The notes below the pieces were generated by a model. It was not told where the DNA came from and searched no databases. It saw only the letters and a program-made list of their open reading frames with translations. DNA of 32,000 nt from Candidatus Saccharimonadota bacterium (GTDB taxonomy: Bacteria; Pseudomonadota; Gammaproteobacteria; Enterobacterales; Enterobacteriaceae): contig CP001817.1 of assembly GCA_000217635.1 (NCBI GenBank), positions 240,001 through 272,000 of the forward strand, given 5' to 3'. Position 1 is the first letter of the stretch. Every line of letters starts with the position of its first letter. The position numbers and the translations under genes are program-made. Shown one piece after another: positions 9,941 to 19,025 of this stretch.

Positions 9941-11665
9941 ATGCGTACAAAATACTGTAAAGATTTAACAATATTAGATATTAATAAAGAAGTAATATTA
10001 TGCGGATGGGTAAATCAAATAAGGAATTTAGGGAATTTAATTTTTATCGATATAAGAGATATTACAGGTACTATTCAAGTAATATTTAATCCACAATATT
10101 ATATTAACTTTAAAAAAGCATGTCTATTAAGAAATGATTTTTGTATTCAAATAACTGGATTAGTAACATTAAAAAAACAAAAAAAAATAAAAAATGATAA
10201 TATAAATTATTTAGTGGAAATAATTGCTTTTCAATTAACTATCTTTAATAAAACATTACCTGTACCATTAGATTATACAAAAAAAAATAAAGAAGAAATA
10301 AGATTTAAATTTCGTTATTTAGATTTACGTCGTAAAATTATGATAAAAAATTTACAAATAAGACATGCAAGTATTATATTAGTACGAAATTTTCTAGAAA
10401 AAAGAAAGTTTTTGGAAATAGATACTCCGATCTTAACAAAATCTACCCCAGAAGGAGCTTCCGATTACTTAGTAAAAAGCCGATTATACTTAAATAAATT
10501 TTTTGCTCTCCCTCAGTCACCACAATTATTTAAACAATTATTAATGATTTCTGGATTAGATAAATATTATCAGATAGCTAAATGTTTTAGAGATGAAGAT
10601 TTAAGATCTGACCGACAACCAGAATTTACTCAAATAGATATTGAGGTATCTTTTACGACTGTAGAAAATTTTAAAAATATGATCAGTAATTTGATTCATA
10701 ATTTATGGTTATCAATTAGAAATATTTCTTTAGAAAAATTTAAATCAATAACTTATGAACGTAGTTTATTAGACTATGGTACAGATAAACCAGATTTACG
10801 TAACCCAATTAAATTAATTAATGTATATGATTTATTTTCTCGAGATTTAGAAAATATTTTTCCAAATTTAAATCTAAATCTTAATAATCGTATTATTTTA
10901 ATAAATATTCCAAAAGGCATATCTTTAATAAAAATAATTCATATAAATAAATATATAAAAATATTAAAAAAATTTGGAATCAATCATTATAAATTTATTA
11001 ATACATCAGGCATCAATTCGAATATTTTACAAAAAAATATTTTTCTTGATATGAACAAAAATATAAGTATTTTAGATGATATAATTAAACGAACTAAAAC
11101 AACGAGACAAGACACTCTTCTTCTTGTTGCAGGAGAAGAAAATATATTAAATGCTGGTATAAGCATTATACGAGAAAAAATTGGAATAGATTTAAATATT
11201 ATTGATCAAAAAAAATTTTGTCCTGTCTGGATTACTGATTTTCCTATGTTTAAAATAAATGAAAATAATAAAATAGAATCTGTACATCATCCATTTACTG
11301 CTCCAAAAAGTTCTATAAACTATATATCTATAAAAAATTCTTTAAATATTTTATCTAGTGCATTTGATTTAGTTATTAATGGATATGAAATTGGTGGAGG
11401 ATCTAGCAGAATTCATGATTATAATTTACAAGTAAATGTTTTTAATTTATTAAATATAACTAAAAATCAACAAAAAAAACATTTTGGTTTTTTTCTAAAA
11501 GCATTACAATACGGGGCTCCGCCACATATCGGGATGGCTTTAGGATTAGATCGTATAGTTATGTTATTAACTAATAACACAACAATAAAAGATGTAATCG
11601 CTTTTCCAAAAACACATTCTGCAACCTGTTTAATGACTGGAGCTCCAAATAAAATATATTATTAA
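9941..11665 (+). CDS. aspS: aspartyl-tRNA synthetase
   Basis: MRTKYCKDL...LCGWVN, FRYLDLRR, TPILTKSTPEGASDYLV, ALPQSPQLFKQLLMISG, YYQIAKCFRDEDLRSDRQPEFTQIDIE, HHPFTAP, GGGSSRIH and GAPPHIGMALGLDRIVMLL...DVIAFPKT are collinear with E. coli AspRS. Confidence 0.96.
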   Translation: MRTKYCKDLTILDINKEVILCGWVNQIRNLGNLIFIDIRDITGTIQVIFNPQYYINFKKACLLRNDFCIQITGLVTLKKQKKIKNDNINYLVEIIAFQLTIFNKTLPVPLDYTKKNKEEIRFKFRYLDLRRKIMIKNLQIRHASIILVRNFLEKRKFLEIDTPILTKSTPEGASDYLVKSRLYLNKFFALPQSPQLFKQLLMISGLDKYYQIAKCFRDEDLRSDRQPEFTQIDIEVSFTTVENFKNMISNLIHNLWLSIRNISLEKFKSITYERSLLDYGTDKPDLRNPIKLINVYDLFSRDLENIFPNLNLNLNNRIILINIPKGISLIKIIHINKYIKILKKFGINHYKFINTSGINSNILQKNIFLDMNKNISILDDIIKRTKTTRQDTLLLVAGEENILNAGISIIREKIGIDLNIIDQKKFCPVWITDFPMFKINENNKIESVHHPFTAPKSSINYISIKNSLNILSSAFDLVINGYEIGGGSSRIHDYNLQVNVFNLLNITKNQQKKHFGFFLKALQYGAPPHIGMALGLDRIVMLLTNNTTIKDVIAFPKTHSATCLMTGAPNKIYY

Positions 11666-11770
11666 AATTTAAAAAATACATTAAAAAGTTTTTTTATCAT
11701 TTTATAAAGAAAAATATTTTTCATCTTTTTAAAAATACTAAATTAAATTATTTTTTATATAAAGGAAGAT

Positions 11771-12484
11771 ATGGCTGGGCATAGTAAATGGTCAAATACA
11801 AAACACAGAAAGTCATCACAAGACATCAAACGTAGTAGGATATTTACAAAATTAATACGTGAAATAACTATTGCTAGTACTAAACAAGGTCAGGACCCTA
11901 AAAAAAATTTTTATTTACGAACAGTTCTTGATAAAGCAAATATGTATAATATGACAAAAAATACAATTGATCGTGCTATCCAACGTAGTATTATTCAAAA
12001 TAATCACATCTCTAATATTAAAACGTATTCTGGATATGGACCTGGGGGAATAGCTTTTATTATAGAATGCTCTTCGGATAATAATAATCATACAGTTTCT
12101 AAATTAAGGGAAATTTTTTCTCGGTGCAAAGGAACTTTAGTAAAAAATAAAAATGTAGAATATTTATTTCAAAAAATTATATTATTAAAATTTAATAATA
12201 TTCACCAAGAAAAAATAATCCTTGATATAGCCGCTCAACATGAAGCTTATACTTTTAAAGTAAAAAAAAACAAAAATATTCAAATTACAATTCCTATTAA
12301 AAATTTTAAAATAATCAAAAAAAAATTATGTAAATTAAATATTAAAATAAAAAAACCAAATTTTTATAAACCTATTACTATAAAACCAATAGATACGTTT
12401 AAAAAAGTAGAAATATTAAAATTAATAAATAAACTAAACGAATTTTCTGAAATTAAAAACATTTACTATAATATAAGAATATAG
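11771..12484 (+). CDS. yebC: YebC/PmpR-family probable transcriptional regulator
   Basis: MAGHSKWSNTKHRKSSQDIKRSRIFTKLIREITIA...YSGYGPGGIAFIIECSSDNNNHTV matches E. coli YebC ([32 protein letters not shown]...[24 protein letters not shown]). There is an AAGGAAG SD upstream. Confidence 0.93.
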   Translation: MAGHSKWSNTKHRKSSQDIKRSRIFTKLIREITIASTKQGQDPKKNFYLRTVLDKANMYNMTKNTIDRAIQRSIIQNNHISNIKTYSGYGPGGIAFIIECSSDNNNHTVSKLREIFSRCKGTLVKNKNVEYLFQKIILLKFNNIHQEKIILDIAAQHEAYTFKVKKNKNIQITIPIKNFKIIKKKLCKLNIKIKKPNFYKPITIKPIDTFKKVEILKLINKLNEFSEIKNIYYNIRI

Positions 12485-12516
12485 CTAAAAAAAACATTTT
12501 TTAATTTTTAAAATTT

Positions 12517-12720
12517 TTCATACCTATTAATTATATATCCTTGAATATTCGTACAGTATTGTATAATTTTTATTATAAAATAAGAAATGAGAGTTTTATA
12601 AATTATATTTATATTACTAAATTAATTCTAATATATTTTTAAATAATTTAATTTATAATATTCAGAAATATATGAAAATTCATACAATACTGGTACAAAT
12701 AAAAAATTCCTTGAATACTT
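12517..12720. repeat. degenerate direct repeat plus 14-nt inverted repeat in the yebC/pykA convergent spacer
   Basis: Direct repeat: TTCATAC (12517-12523) then TCCTTGAATA (12538-12547), versus TTCATAC (12679-12685) then TCCTTGAATA (12708-12717). Inverted repeat: GTACAGTATTGTAT (12551-12564) versus ATACAATACTgGTAC (12682-12696), with one bulged G. Confidence 0.6.
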
Positions 12721-12773
12721 TTTGTGTAACATTACATTATAAATGATTTACTCTTTTCAATTTCATAATATTA

Positions 12774-12857
12774 TTATGATATTTTTATTATTTTAATACT
12801 ATCATTATTATCATATGTATAGTAAAAATCTTTTTTTATAATAATGATATAATCATT
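12774..12857 (-). other. pykA: displaced (out-of-frame) 3'-terminal coding segment of pykA
   Basis: Reading one base earlier after the A9 tract gives NDYIIIIKKDFYYTYDNNDSIKIIKIS*. Its stop is TAA at 12774-12776. It aligns without gaps to the E. coli PykA terminus [27 protein letters not shown] and ends at the same residue. Confidence 0.75.
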
Positions 12858-14218
12858 TTTTTTTGCACTCCTTTTTTTTCTTTTATTATGCTGATTGCAT
12901 CATCAATGTTATTTAACTCCATTTGTTTTTTTTCTATATAAATAGGAATTACTCCTTTATATAATGTGGATAAATTTAGATTTTTTTGACAATAAGAAAA
13001 ATAAAAAATTGGAATACGTGAAGTAATTCGAGATGTTAATAAAGCTATGTCTAATGAATCGGTATAAATTAAGATCGCTGAAACATTTTTCAAGTGATTA
13101 GCGGCATACATGATAGACATAGCAAGAGTTTCAGAAATATTATAAAATTTTAAACCTAATCGATGTTTAGAAATATGCATACACGGTAATTTTTCAGCTC
13201 CTTGACAAATTTTTAATACACTTTGTACAGTATTTATAGGAAAATGTCCAGATGCTGTTTCTGCAGATAACATTACTGCATCTGTTCCATCGATTACTGC
13301 ATTTGCAACATCCATTACTTCAGCTCGAGTAGGAAAAGGATTATCAATCATAGATTCCATCATTTGCGTCGCTGTAATAACTGTACGATTTAATTGACGA
13401 GCTAATTGAATTAAATGTTTTTGTACACCAATTAGTTTATCATCTCCAATTTCTACTCCTAAATCTCCACGCGCAATCATAATTGCATCTGCTGCTAATA
13501 TAATTTCTTTAATAACAATATCAGACATAACTGCTTCAGCTCGTTCTATTTTAGCAATAATTTGAGCATTACTACCCGCATTTTTCATTAATGTTCTAGC
13601 TTCTTGTATATCAGCCGCTGACCTCGGAAAAGATACCGCTAAATAATCAATACCTAATTTTGAAGCTAATTTTATATCTTCTTTATCTTTTTTTGTTAAT
13701 GCTTTAGCTGATAAACCTCCTCCTAACTTATTTAAACCTTTATTATCTGTTAAAGTACCTCCGATTACTACTTTGGTATAAATTTTATTATTATCAATTT
13801 CTAATACTTTTAATTGTATTTTTCCATCATCTAATAATATTAAATCATTAACAACTACCTCAAAAGGTAAATTTTTATAACTAATACCAACTTTTTTTTT
13901 ATTTCCATGAAATTTTGGAATTGTATGATCAAGTAAAAATGTATCTCCAACATCTAAAAATATCTTTTTATTCTTAAAGCTAGAAATTCGAATTTTAGGA
14001 CCTTGTAAATCACCTATGATAGCAACTGAATAACCATATTTTTTAGTAATTTCTCGTATTGATTTAACTCTTTTTTTATGTTCTTCTGCAGTTCCATGAG
14101 AAAAATTTAAGCGTAATATTTTAGATCCTGATTGAATTAACTTTTTTATTATACTTTTACTATTTGTAGATGGACCTAACGTTGAAACAATTTTTGTACG
14201 ACAAATATCATTATGCAT
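12836..14218 (-). CDS. pykA: pyruvate kinase II (as encoded, truncated by a frameshift in an A9 tract; the ancestral end is at 12774)
   Basis: RTKIVSTLGPST, LRLNFSHGT, AIIGDLQGPKIR, NNKGLNKLGGGLSAKALTKKDK, DYLAVSFPRSA, MIARGDLGVEIGD, VITATQMMESMIDNPFPTRAEVMDVANAVIDGTDAVMLSAETA and MYAANHLK are collinear with E. coli PykA. The last 6 residues (MIISLL*) follow an A9 tract and do not match. Confidence 0.95.
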   Translation of the reverse strand: MHNDICRTKIVSTLGPSTNSKSIIKKLIQSGSKILRLNFSHGTAEEHKKRVKSIREITKKYGYSVAIIGDLQGPKIRISSFKNKKIFLDVGDTFLLDHTIPKFHGNKKKVGISYKNLPFEVVVNDLILLDDGKIQLKVLEIDNNKIYTKVVIGGTLTDNKGLNKLGGGLSAKALTKKDKEDIKLASKLGIDYLAVSFPRSAADIQEARTLMKNAGSNAQIIAKIERAEAVMSDIVIKEIILAADAIMIARGDLGVEIGDDKLIGVQKHLIQLARQLNRTVITATQMMESMIDNPFPTRAEVMDVANAVIDGTDAVMLSAETASGHFPINTVQSVLKICQGAEKLPCMHISKHRLGLKFYNISETLAMSIMYAANHLKNVSAILIYTDSLDIALLTSRITSRIPIFYFSYCQKNLNLSTLYKGVIPIYIEKKQMELNNIDDAISIIKEKKGVQKKMIISLL

Positions 14219-15116
14219 CTTTACAATCCTATAAGTAATTAAAATAAATTTTAAAAAAGTATTTTTAAATTAGATAAATTTATTTAAATATATAAAAATA
14301 TGAATATTAAAAATTTTTATAAAATTTTATATAATAAAAAGAATTTTTATATAAGATATAAAAAAAAAAAAAAATTAAAAAAAAATGTATATAACATATC
14401 AATTTTTATTTAAAAAACACTTTTTAATCTGCTACATACCTACATCGTTTATAAAAATTATAAAAAATATAATTTTTTTTAAAAAATATTAAATAACAAT
14501 ATTATATTATAAAAAATATAAACATAAAAATATATAGGTATAAATAAATAAACAAAGAAAATAAATAAAAATGAAATACAAAATTTTAATAATATTTTAT
14601 ATATAAATAATAACAAATAAAATATTATATCATTAGATCAAATCTTTAAAAATATTTACAAAATTACAAAGGCATATTTTTAAAAAATACTCTGTATAAC
14701 TTAGAAAAACAAGTATTCTTTTTTAAAAAAAAACAAAAATATAGTTTTTTATAAAAAATTTTTATTTTTTATAATAATATCTTTCTAATAAAAAAATAAA
14801 ATTTATTATGAAAATAAATTTTTAAAAACAAAATATTAATATTTGCTACTTTATATTAATTTAATCTAGTATGATATAAACAGGAAAAAATTTTTTATTA
14901 TATAAAAATATTGTTTATTTTATAATATCTACAAAAATATCTTAATAATTTTATTTTTTTAAATTTAATACATACAACGATTAATTGATAATTTTTCATC
15001 AATTTATTATATAAAACTGATTTTTTATTTTTATATAAACCTAAACAATAAAAATTTAAAATAATTTCTTTACGTTTATACAAACATTAACTTATTAATT
15101 AGGAAAATAAAACGAT

Positions 15117-16007
15117 ATGATTCGTACATTTTTTTTTGTATTAACTAACTTATCTATTATTCTAGTTTTTGGTATTTTTTTTAGTTTAACTGGGATAAAT
15201 AATGGTAATATTATTGAAATTTTAATAATCTCTTTGTTTTTTGGTTTTTTAGGATCTATAATATCATTATTCATGTCTAAATGGATTGCGTTATATTCTG
15301 TAAACGGTAAAATTATCCAAATACCAAAAAATAAAACAGAAATATGGTTATTTAATACAATAGAAAAATATTCAAAAAAGGTTGGAATTAACACACCCGA
15401 AATAGCTATATATAATTCATTGGATATGAACGCTTTTGCAACAGGGGCGCAAAAAAATTCATCATTAATTGCATTATCTAGTTCATTATTAAAAAATATG
15501 AATACAAAAGAAATTGAAGCTATTATAGGTCATGAAATTACACATATTGTTAATGGTGATATGGTAACAATGACTTTAATTCAAGGTACAGTAAACACAT
15601 TTATTATTTTTATATCACGAATATTAACTAAAATAATTACCACATCTTTATCATATAATCAGAAAAATAATGAAGATAATCAAGTGCCAATTGACCAACA
15701 TCCATATAATGTATTAATTTCAACAATATTAGAATCAACTCTTGGTATTTTAGCGAGTATTATTACTATGTGGTTTTCTCGACATCGAGAATATTATGCT
15801 GACGCTGGATCAGCAAAATTAGTTGGATCTAAAAACATGATTTCTGCATTAAAGAAATTAAAATATAGCATTTTTATGAAAGAGTCTGATATTATCAGAA
15901 CATTATATATAAATGGAAATCTATTACATCCGTTATTTAATTTATTTTCTTCGCACCCTCCCTTAGAGATGCGTATTAATGCATTAAAAAAAAGTACATA
16001 TATATAA
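15117..16007 (+). CDS. htpX: membrane zinc metalloprotease HtpX
   Basis: LTNLSIILVFGI, SLFMSKWIAL, NAFATGA, the zinc motif IIGHEITHIVNGDMVTMTLIQG, NTFIIFISRIL, GILASIITMWFSRHREYYADAGSAKLVG and SSHPPLEMRINAL are collinear with E. coli HtpX. Confidence 0.96.
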   Translation: MIRTFFFVLTNLSIILVFGIFFSLTGINNGNIIEILIISLFFGFLGSIISLFMSKWIALYSVNGKIIQIPKNKTEIWLFNTIEKYSKKVGINTPEIAIYNSLDMNAFATGAQKNSSLIALSSSLLKNMNTKEIEAIIGHEITHIVNGDMVTMTLIQGTVNTFIIFISRILTKIITTSLSYNQKNNEDNQVPIDQHPYNVLISTILESTLGILASIITMWFSRHREYYADAGSAKLVGSKNMISALKKLKYSIFMKESDIIRTLYINGNLLHPLFNLFSSHPPLEMRINALKKSTYI

Positions 16008-16027
16008 AATATAAAATTATATTTTAT

Positions 16028-16052
16028 CAAAAGGGAAAAAATTTCTCTTTTG
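16028..16052 (+). terminator. candidate hairpin just after htpX
   Basis: In CAAAAGGGAAA-AAA-TTTCTCTTTTG, an 11-bp stem with one G.T and a 3-nt loop starts 21 nt after the htpX stop. The stem is mostly A.T, so stability is modest. Confidence 0.3.
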
Positions 16053-17174
16053 GTAAATTACTAAATGAATATATATAAAAAAACTTTAATATTTTTGTAA
16101 AAATATAAAAATATATAATTAATTATAAAATTTAAATTTTTTTTATATTAATATCAAATATATAAAATAATATATATGAATTAATAAAATATATTATATA
16201 AATATATTTTTTTTTAATATCATAATTAAAAAATTTTTTTTTTACTATTATATAGCATACGTACAATATACTATAATTGTAATTTTTAAAATATATCATG
16301 AATTATTTATATATAAAGAATATTTTTTATAAAATTAATTATCTTAATAATATATAAAAAATACCATGAAACTTTATAAAATATTAAAAAATTTTTATTA
16401 TTTTAATATATATAATATATATTATTAAATTTTATTTTATTAAATTTAATTTTTAATTTAACTAATATATAAAATATAACCCCTATTAATATATTCAATG
16501 TTATTGATTTATCTTTTATATATATTAGTAAATAAGATTAAATTATTAATAAAATATAGAAGGAATTTTTTAAAAAAAGATAATAAAAAAAAAATAAAAT
16601 TCTTATTATCTCTTTTATGTTTATAAATTTATCTAAAAAATATAAATTTTTTATAAATAAAAAAAATTTTATAAATAATATTTAATAAATAGTAGTAAAT
16701 TATTTATAAATATTTTAAATTTTATAATTTATATTAATATTTCAATAGTTTAATAAAAAATACTTCTAATATTAATTAGAATCTTTAACAACACTAGAAC
16801 GAACTAAAAAAAATAAAAAAAAAATAAATTTTAACTATTCTTATATATTTTATTATTTTTTATTTTTATAAAAAATTAACTTTATATATTAATAATATTT
16901 ATTTTATTAAATAAATGTAATCTAAAAAATATACATAAAAAAAAATAATTTTATATATTGGTAAATATTATATTTCAAATATATCTAATAATTTATTTTA
17001 AATAAAAAATTTTTATTATTAATATAATAATATCTAAACTTTATATATAGTAAATATTTTTATATTAATAAAAAACATATATTATATTATTTAAATATTA
17101 TAAAATATATTTAAAAAATTTAAAAATTTATATATTTAAAACAGTCACTTTATGAAAAGGAGTATCTTAAAAAA

Positions 17175-17894
17175 ATGAATTCAGATAAAACTATTTTAGC
17201 GATAGATACTTCGTTAAATGCATGTTCAGTAGCAGTTTCTTATGATAATAAAATATATACTTTATTTAAATTAACACCTAAAAAACATGAAAAATATATA
17301 ATAAAGATGATTAATAACGTTTTAAAACTTGCTAAGATTCATTTAAAAAAAATTGATTTTATCGCATGTACAATAGGCCCAGGGAGTTTTACAGGAATAC
17401 GTATTGGTATTAGTATTGCTCAAACATTATCAATGATTCATGAAATCCCTTTATTAAGTTTTTCTACTTTCCAAGTGTTATCTGAACAAAGTTGGATTAA
17501 ATACCATGTATTTCGTACAATTATTGCTATCAAATTAAGTAAAAATAGTTTTTTATGGGGTAAATATTGCCGAAATAAACATGGTTTATGGATAGGTGCT
17601 CATACAGAAAAATATTTTAATAATATAAAAAAAATTCCCCAATTAATAAAAAACTGTAAAGGAATATGGGCAGCTATTGGTACAATATGGAAACATTATA
17701 TTTTTCAGAAAAAATCTATGAAATTATTAAATACTAATATAACTACACCACAAGCTAAATATATTATCTTTTGCGCACGTTCATATTTAAAAAATATATA
17801 TATCATAAAATTACATGTATATATCCTAAGTATTTACCTAATATTTAGATCTCCATTTTTTATTTATAAAATTTTATCTTTTATTATATTTTAA
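17175..17894 (+). CDS. tsaB: tRNA t6A37 synthesis protein TsaB (YeaZ); the 3' end is probably frameshifted
   Basis: ILAIDTSLNACSVAV, GPGSFTGIRIGISIAQ and GIWAAIGTIW are collinear with E. coli YeaZ (ILAIDTATEACSVAL, GPGSFTGVRIGIGIAQ, EWVTVGTGW). There is an AAGGAG SD upstream. The last ~23 aa are a hydrophobic tail with no E. coli counterpart. Confidence 0.9.
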   Translation: MNSDKTILAIDTSLNACSVAVSYDNKIYTLFKLTPKKHEKYIIKMINNVLKLAKIHLKKIDFIACTIGPGSFTGIRIGISIAQTLSMIHEIPLLSFSTFQVLSEQSWIKYHVFRTIIAIKLSKNSFLWGKYCRNKHGLWIGAHTEKYFNNIKKIPQLIKNCKGIWAAIGTIWKHYIFQKKSMKLLNTNITTPQAKYIIFCARSYLKNIYIIKLHVYILSIYLIFRSPFFIYKILSFIIF

Positions 17895-17927
17895 AAATAT
17901 AAAAATTTTCATGATTTGTTATATTGC

Positions 17928-18179
17928 TTATTCAGGGATTTTAATGTTCAGTTCTAAAATTGAAATGTTTATACCTTTTTGTTCTAATTGAATAGTTATC
18001 ATTTCAGGAGTAATTTTAATATATTTGGAAATCACAATTAATAGTTCATTTTTTAATTGAGGAAAATAATTAGGTTCATTAAAATTTTTATTTTGTTTTG
18101 CAATAATAATTTGTAATCGCTCTTTTGCAATATTAGCTGTATTTTTTTTCCGCAATAAAAAAAAATCTAATAAAGCCAT
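17928..18179 (-). CDS. minE: cell division topological specificity factor MinE
   Basis: [27 protein letters not shown]...[26 protein letters not shown] matches E. coli MinE ([27 protein letters not shown]...ISILELNVTLPE). Confidence 0.96.
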   Translation of the reverse strand: MALLDFFLLRKKNTANIAKERLQIIIAKQNKNFNEPNYFPQLKNELLIVISKYIKITPEMITIQLEQKGINISILELNIKIPE

Positions 18180-18182
18180 AAT

Positions 18183-18995
18183 CTATCTCCCCAATAACCA
18201 TTGTAGAAAAGTTCTTTTGTTATCATGTATGAATCGAAAAGGTAATTTTTTACCTAATAAACGACTAACTGTATCAGTATATGCTTGACCCGCATAAGAA
18301 TTCTTCTCTAAAATTACTGAATTTCCTTGATTAGAAGATCTTAAAACTGACGTGTCTTCTGGGATTACTCCAATTAATGGAATACGTAAAATATCTAAAA
18401 CATCATTTATACTTAACATATCTCCGTTTTTTACCTTGTTTAGATCATATCTTGTTAATAATAAATGTTCTTTTATTGGACTGTCATTAGTTTCAGATCG
18501 TCTAGATTTAGAGGAAATAATACCTAATATACGATCCGAATCTCGTACAGATGATATCTCAGGATTGGTAATTATTATAGCTTCATCTGCAAAATAAAAA
18601 GCTAATATAGCTCCATGTTCGATACCTGCTGGAGAGTCACAAATAATAAAGTCGAATTGCATTTGATGTAATAATTGAAAAATTTTTTCTACTCCAACTT
18701 TGGTTAATGCATCTTTGTCTCTTGTTTGAGAAGCAGGTAAAATAAATAAATTAGGTGTATAACGATCTCGTATTAACGCTTGATAAATCGTGGCTTCTTT
18801 TTTAATTACATTAATAATATCATATACTACTCTACGTTCACATCCCATAATTAGATCTAAGTTTCTTAATCCTATGTCAAAATCTATGACTATTGTCTTT
18901 TTTCCTTGCAAAGCTAACCCGGTCGCAATAGCAGCACTTGATGTTGTTTTACCTACACCGCCTTTTCCTGAAGTAACTACGATAATGCAAGACAT
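18183..18995 (-). CDS. minD: septum site-determining ATPase MinD
   Basis: IIVVTSGKGGVGKTTSSAAIATGLA, VIDFDIGLRNLDLIMGCERRVVYD, LPASQTRDKDALT, CDSPAGIE, YFADEAIIITNPEISSVRDSDRILGI and IKEHLLLTRY are near-identical to E. coli MinD. Confidence 0.98.
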   Translation of the reverse strand: MSCIIVVTSGKGGVGKTTSSAAIATGLALQGKKTIVIDFDIGLRNLDLIMGCERRVVYDIINVIKKEATIYQALIRDRYTPNLFILPASQTRDKDALTKVGVEKIFQLLHQMQFDFIICDSPAGIEHGAILAFYFADEAIIITNPEISSVRDSDRILGIISSKSRRSETNDSPIKEHLLLTRYDLNKVKNGDMLSINDVLDILRIPLIGVIPEDTSVLRSSNQGNSVILEKNSYAGQAYTDTVSRLLGKKLPFRFIHDNKRTFLQWLLGR

Positions 18996-19025
18996 ATTTA
19001 TTTGTTTCCTTTAAAAAATATCAAT

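Noticed and set aside
11709-11722. 14-bp palindrome GAAAAATATTTTTC after aspS as a possible terminator
   Set aside because: The stem is all A.T except the terminal pair, there is no loop, and it would be very unstable. It is not distinguishable from background.
14898-15083. 61-aa minus-strand ORF in the pykA/htpX spacer
   Set aside because: It is composed almost only of K, N, I, Y, L and F from AT-rich DNA. It has no SD and no recognisable family. ORFs of this length are expected by chance where stop codons happen to be absent.
15095-15394. 99-aa minus-strand ORF (and 15794..16030, 78 aa)
   Set aside because: Both are antisense shadows inside htpX, which is confidently identified.
17041-17100. 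dif-like sequence (…ATATTATATTATTTAAAT) in the long htpX/tsaB spacer
   Set aside because: It matches only the AT-rich right arm of the E. coli dif core, and imperfectly (it needs a gap). The left arm GGTGCGCATAA has no counterpart. It is indistinguishable from background.
18352-18597. 81-aa + strand ORF (and 18790..19014, 74 aa)
   Set aside because: Both are antisense shadows inside minD.
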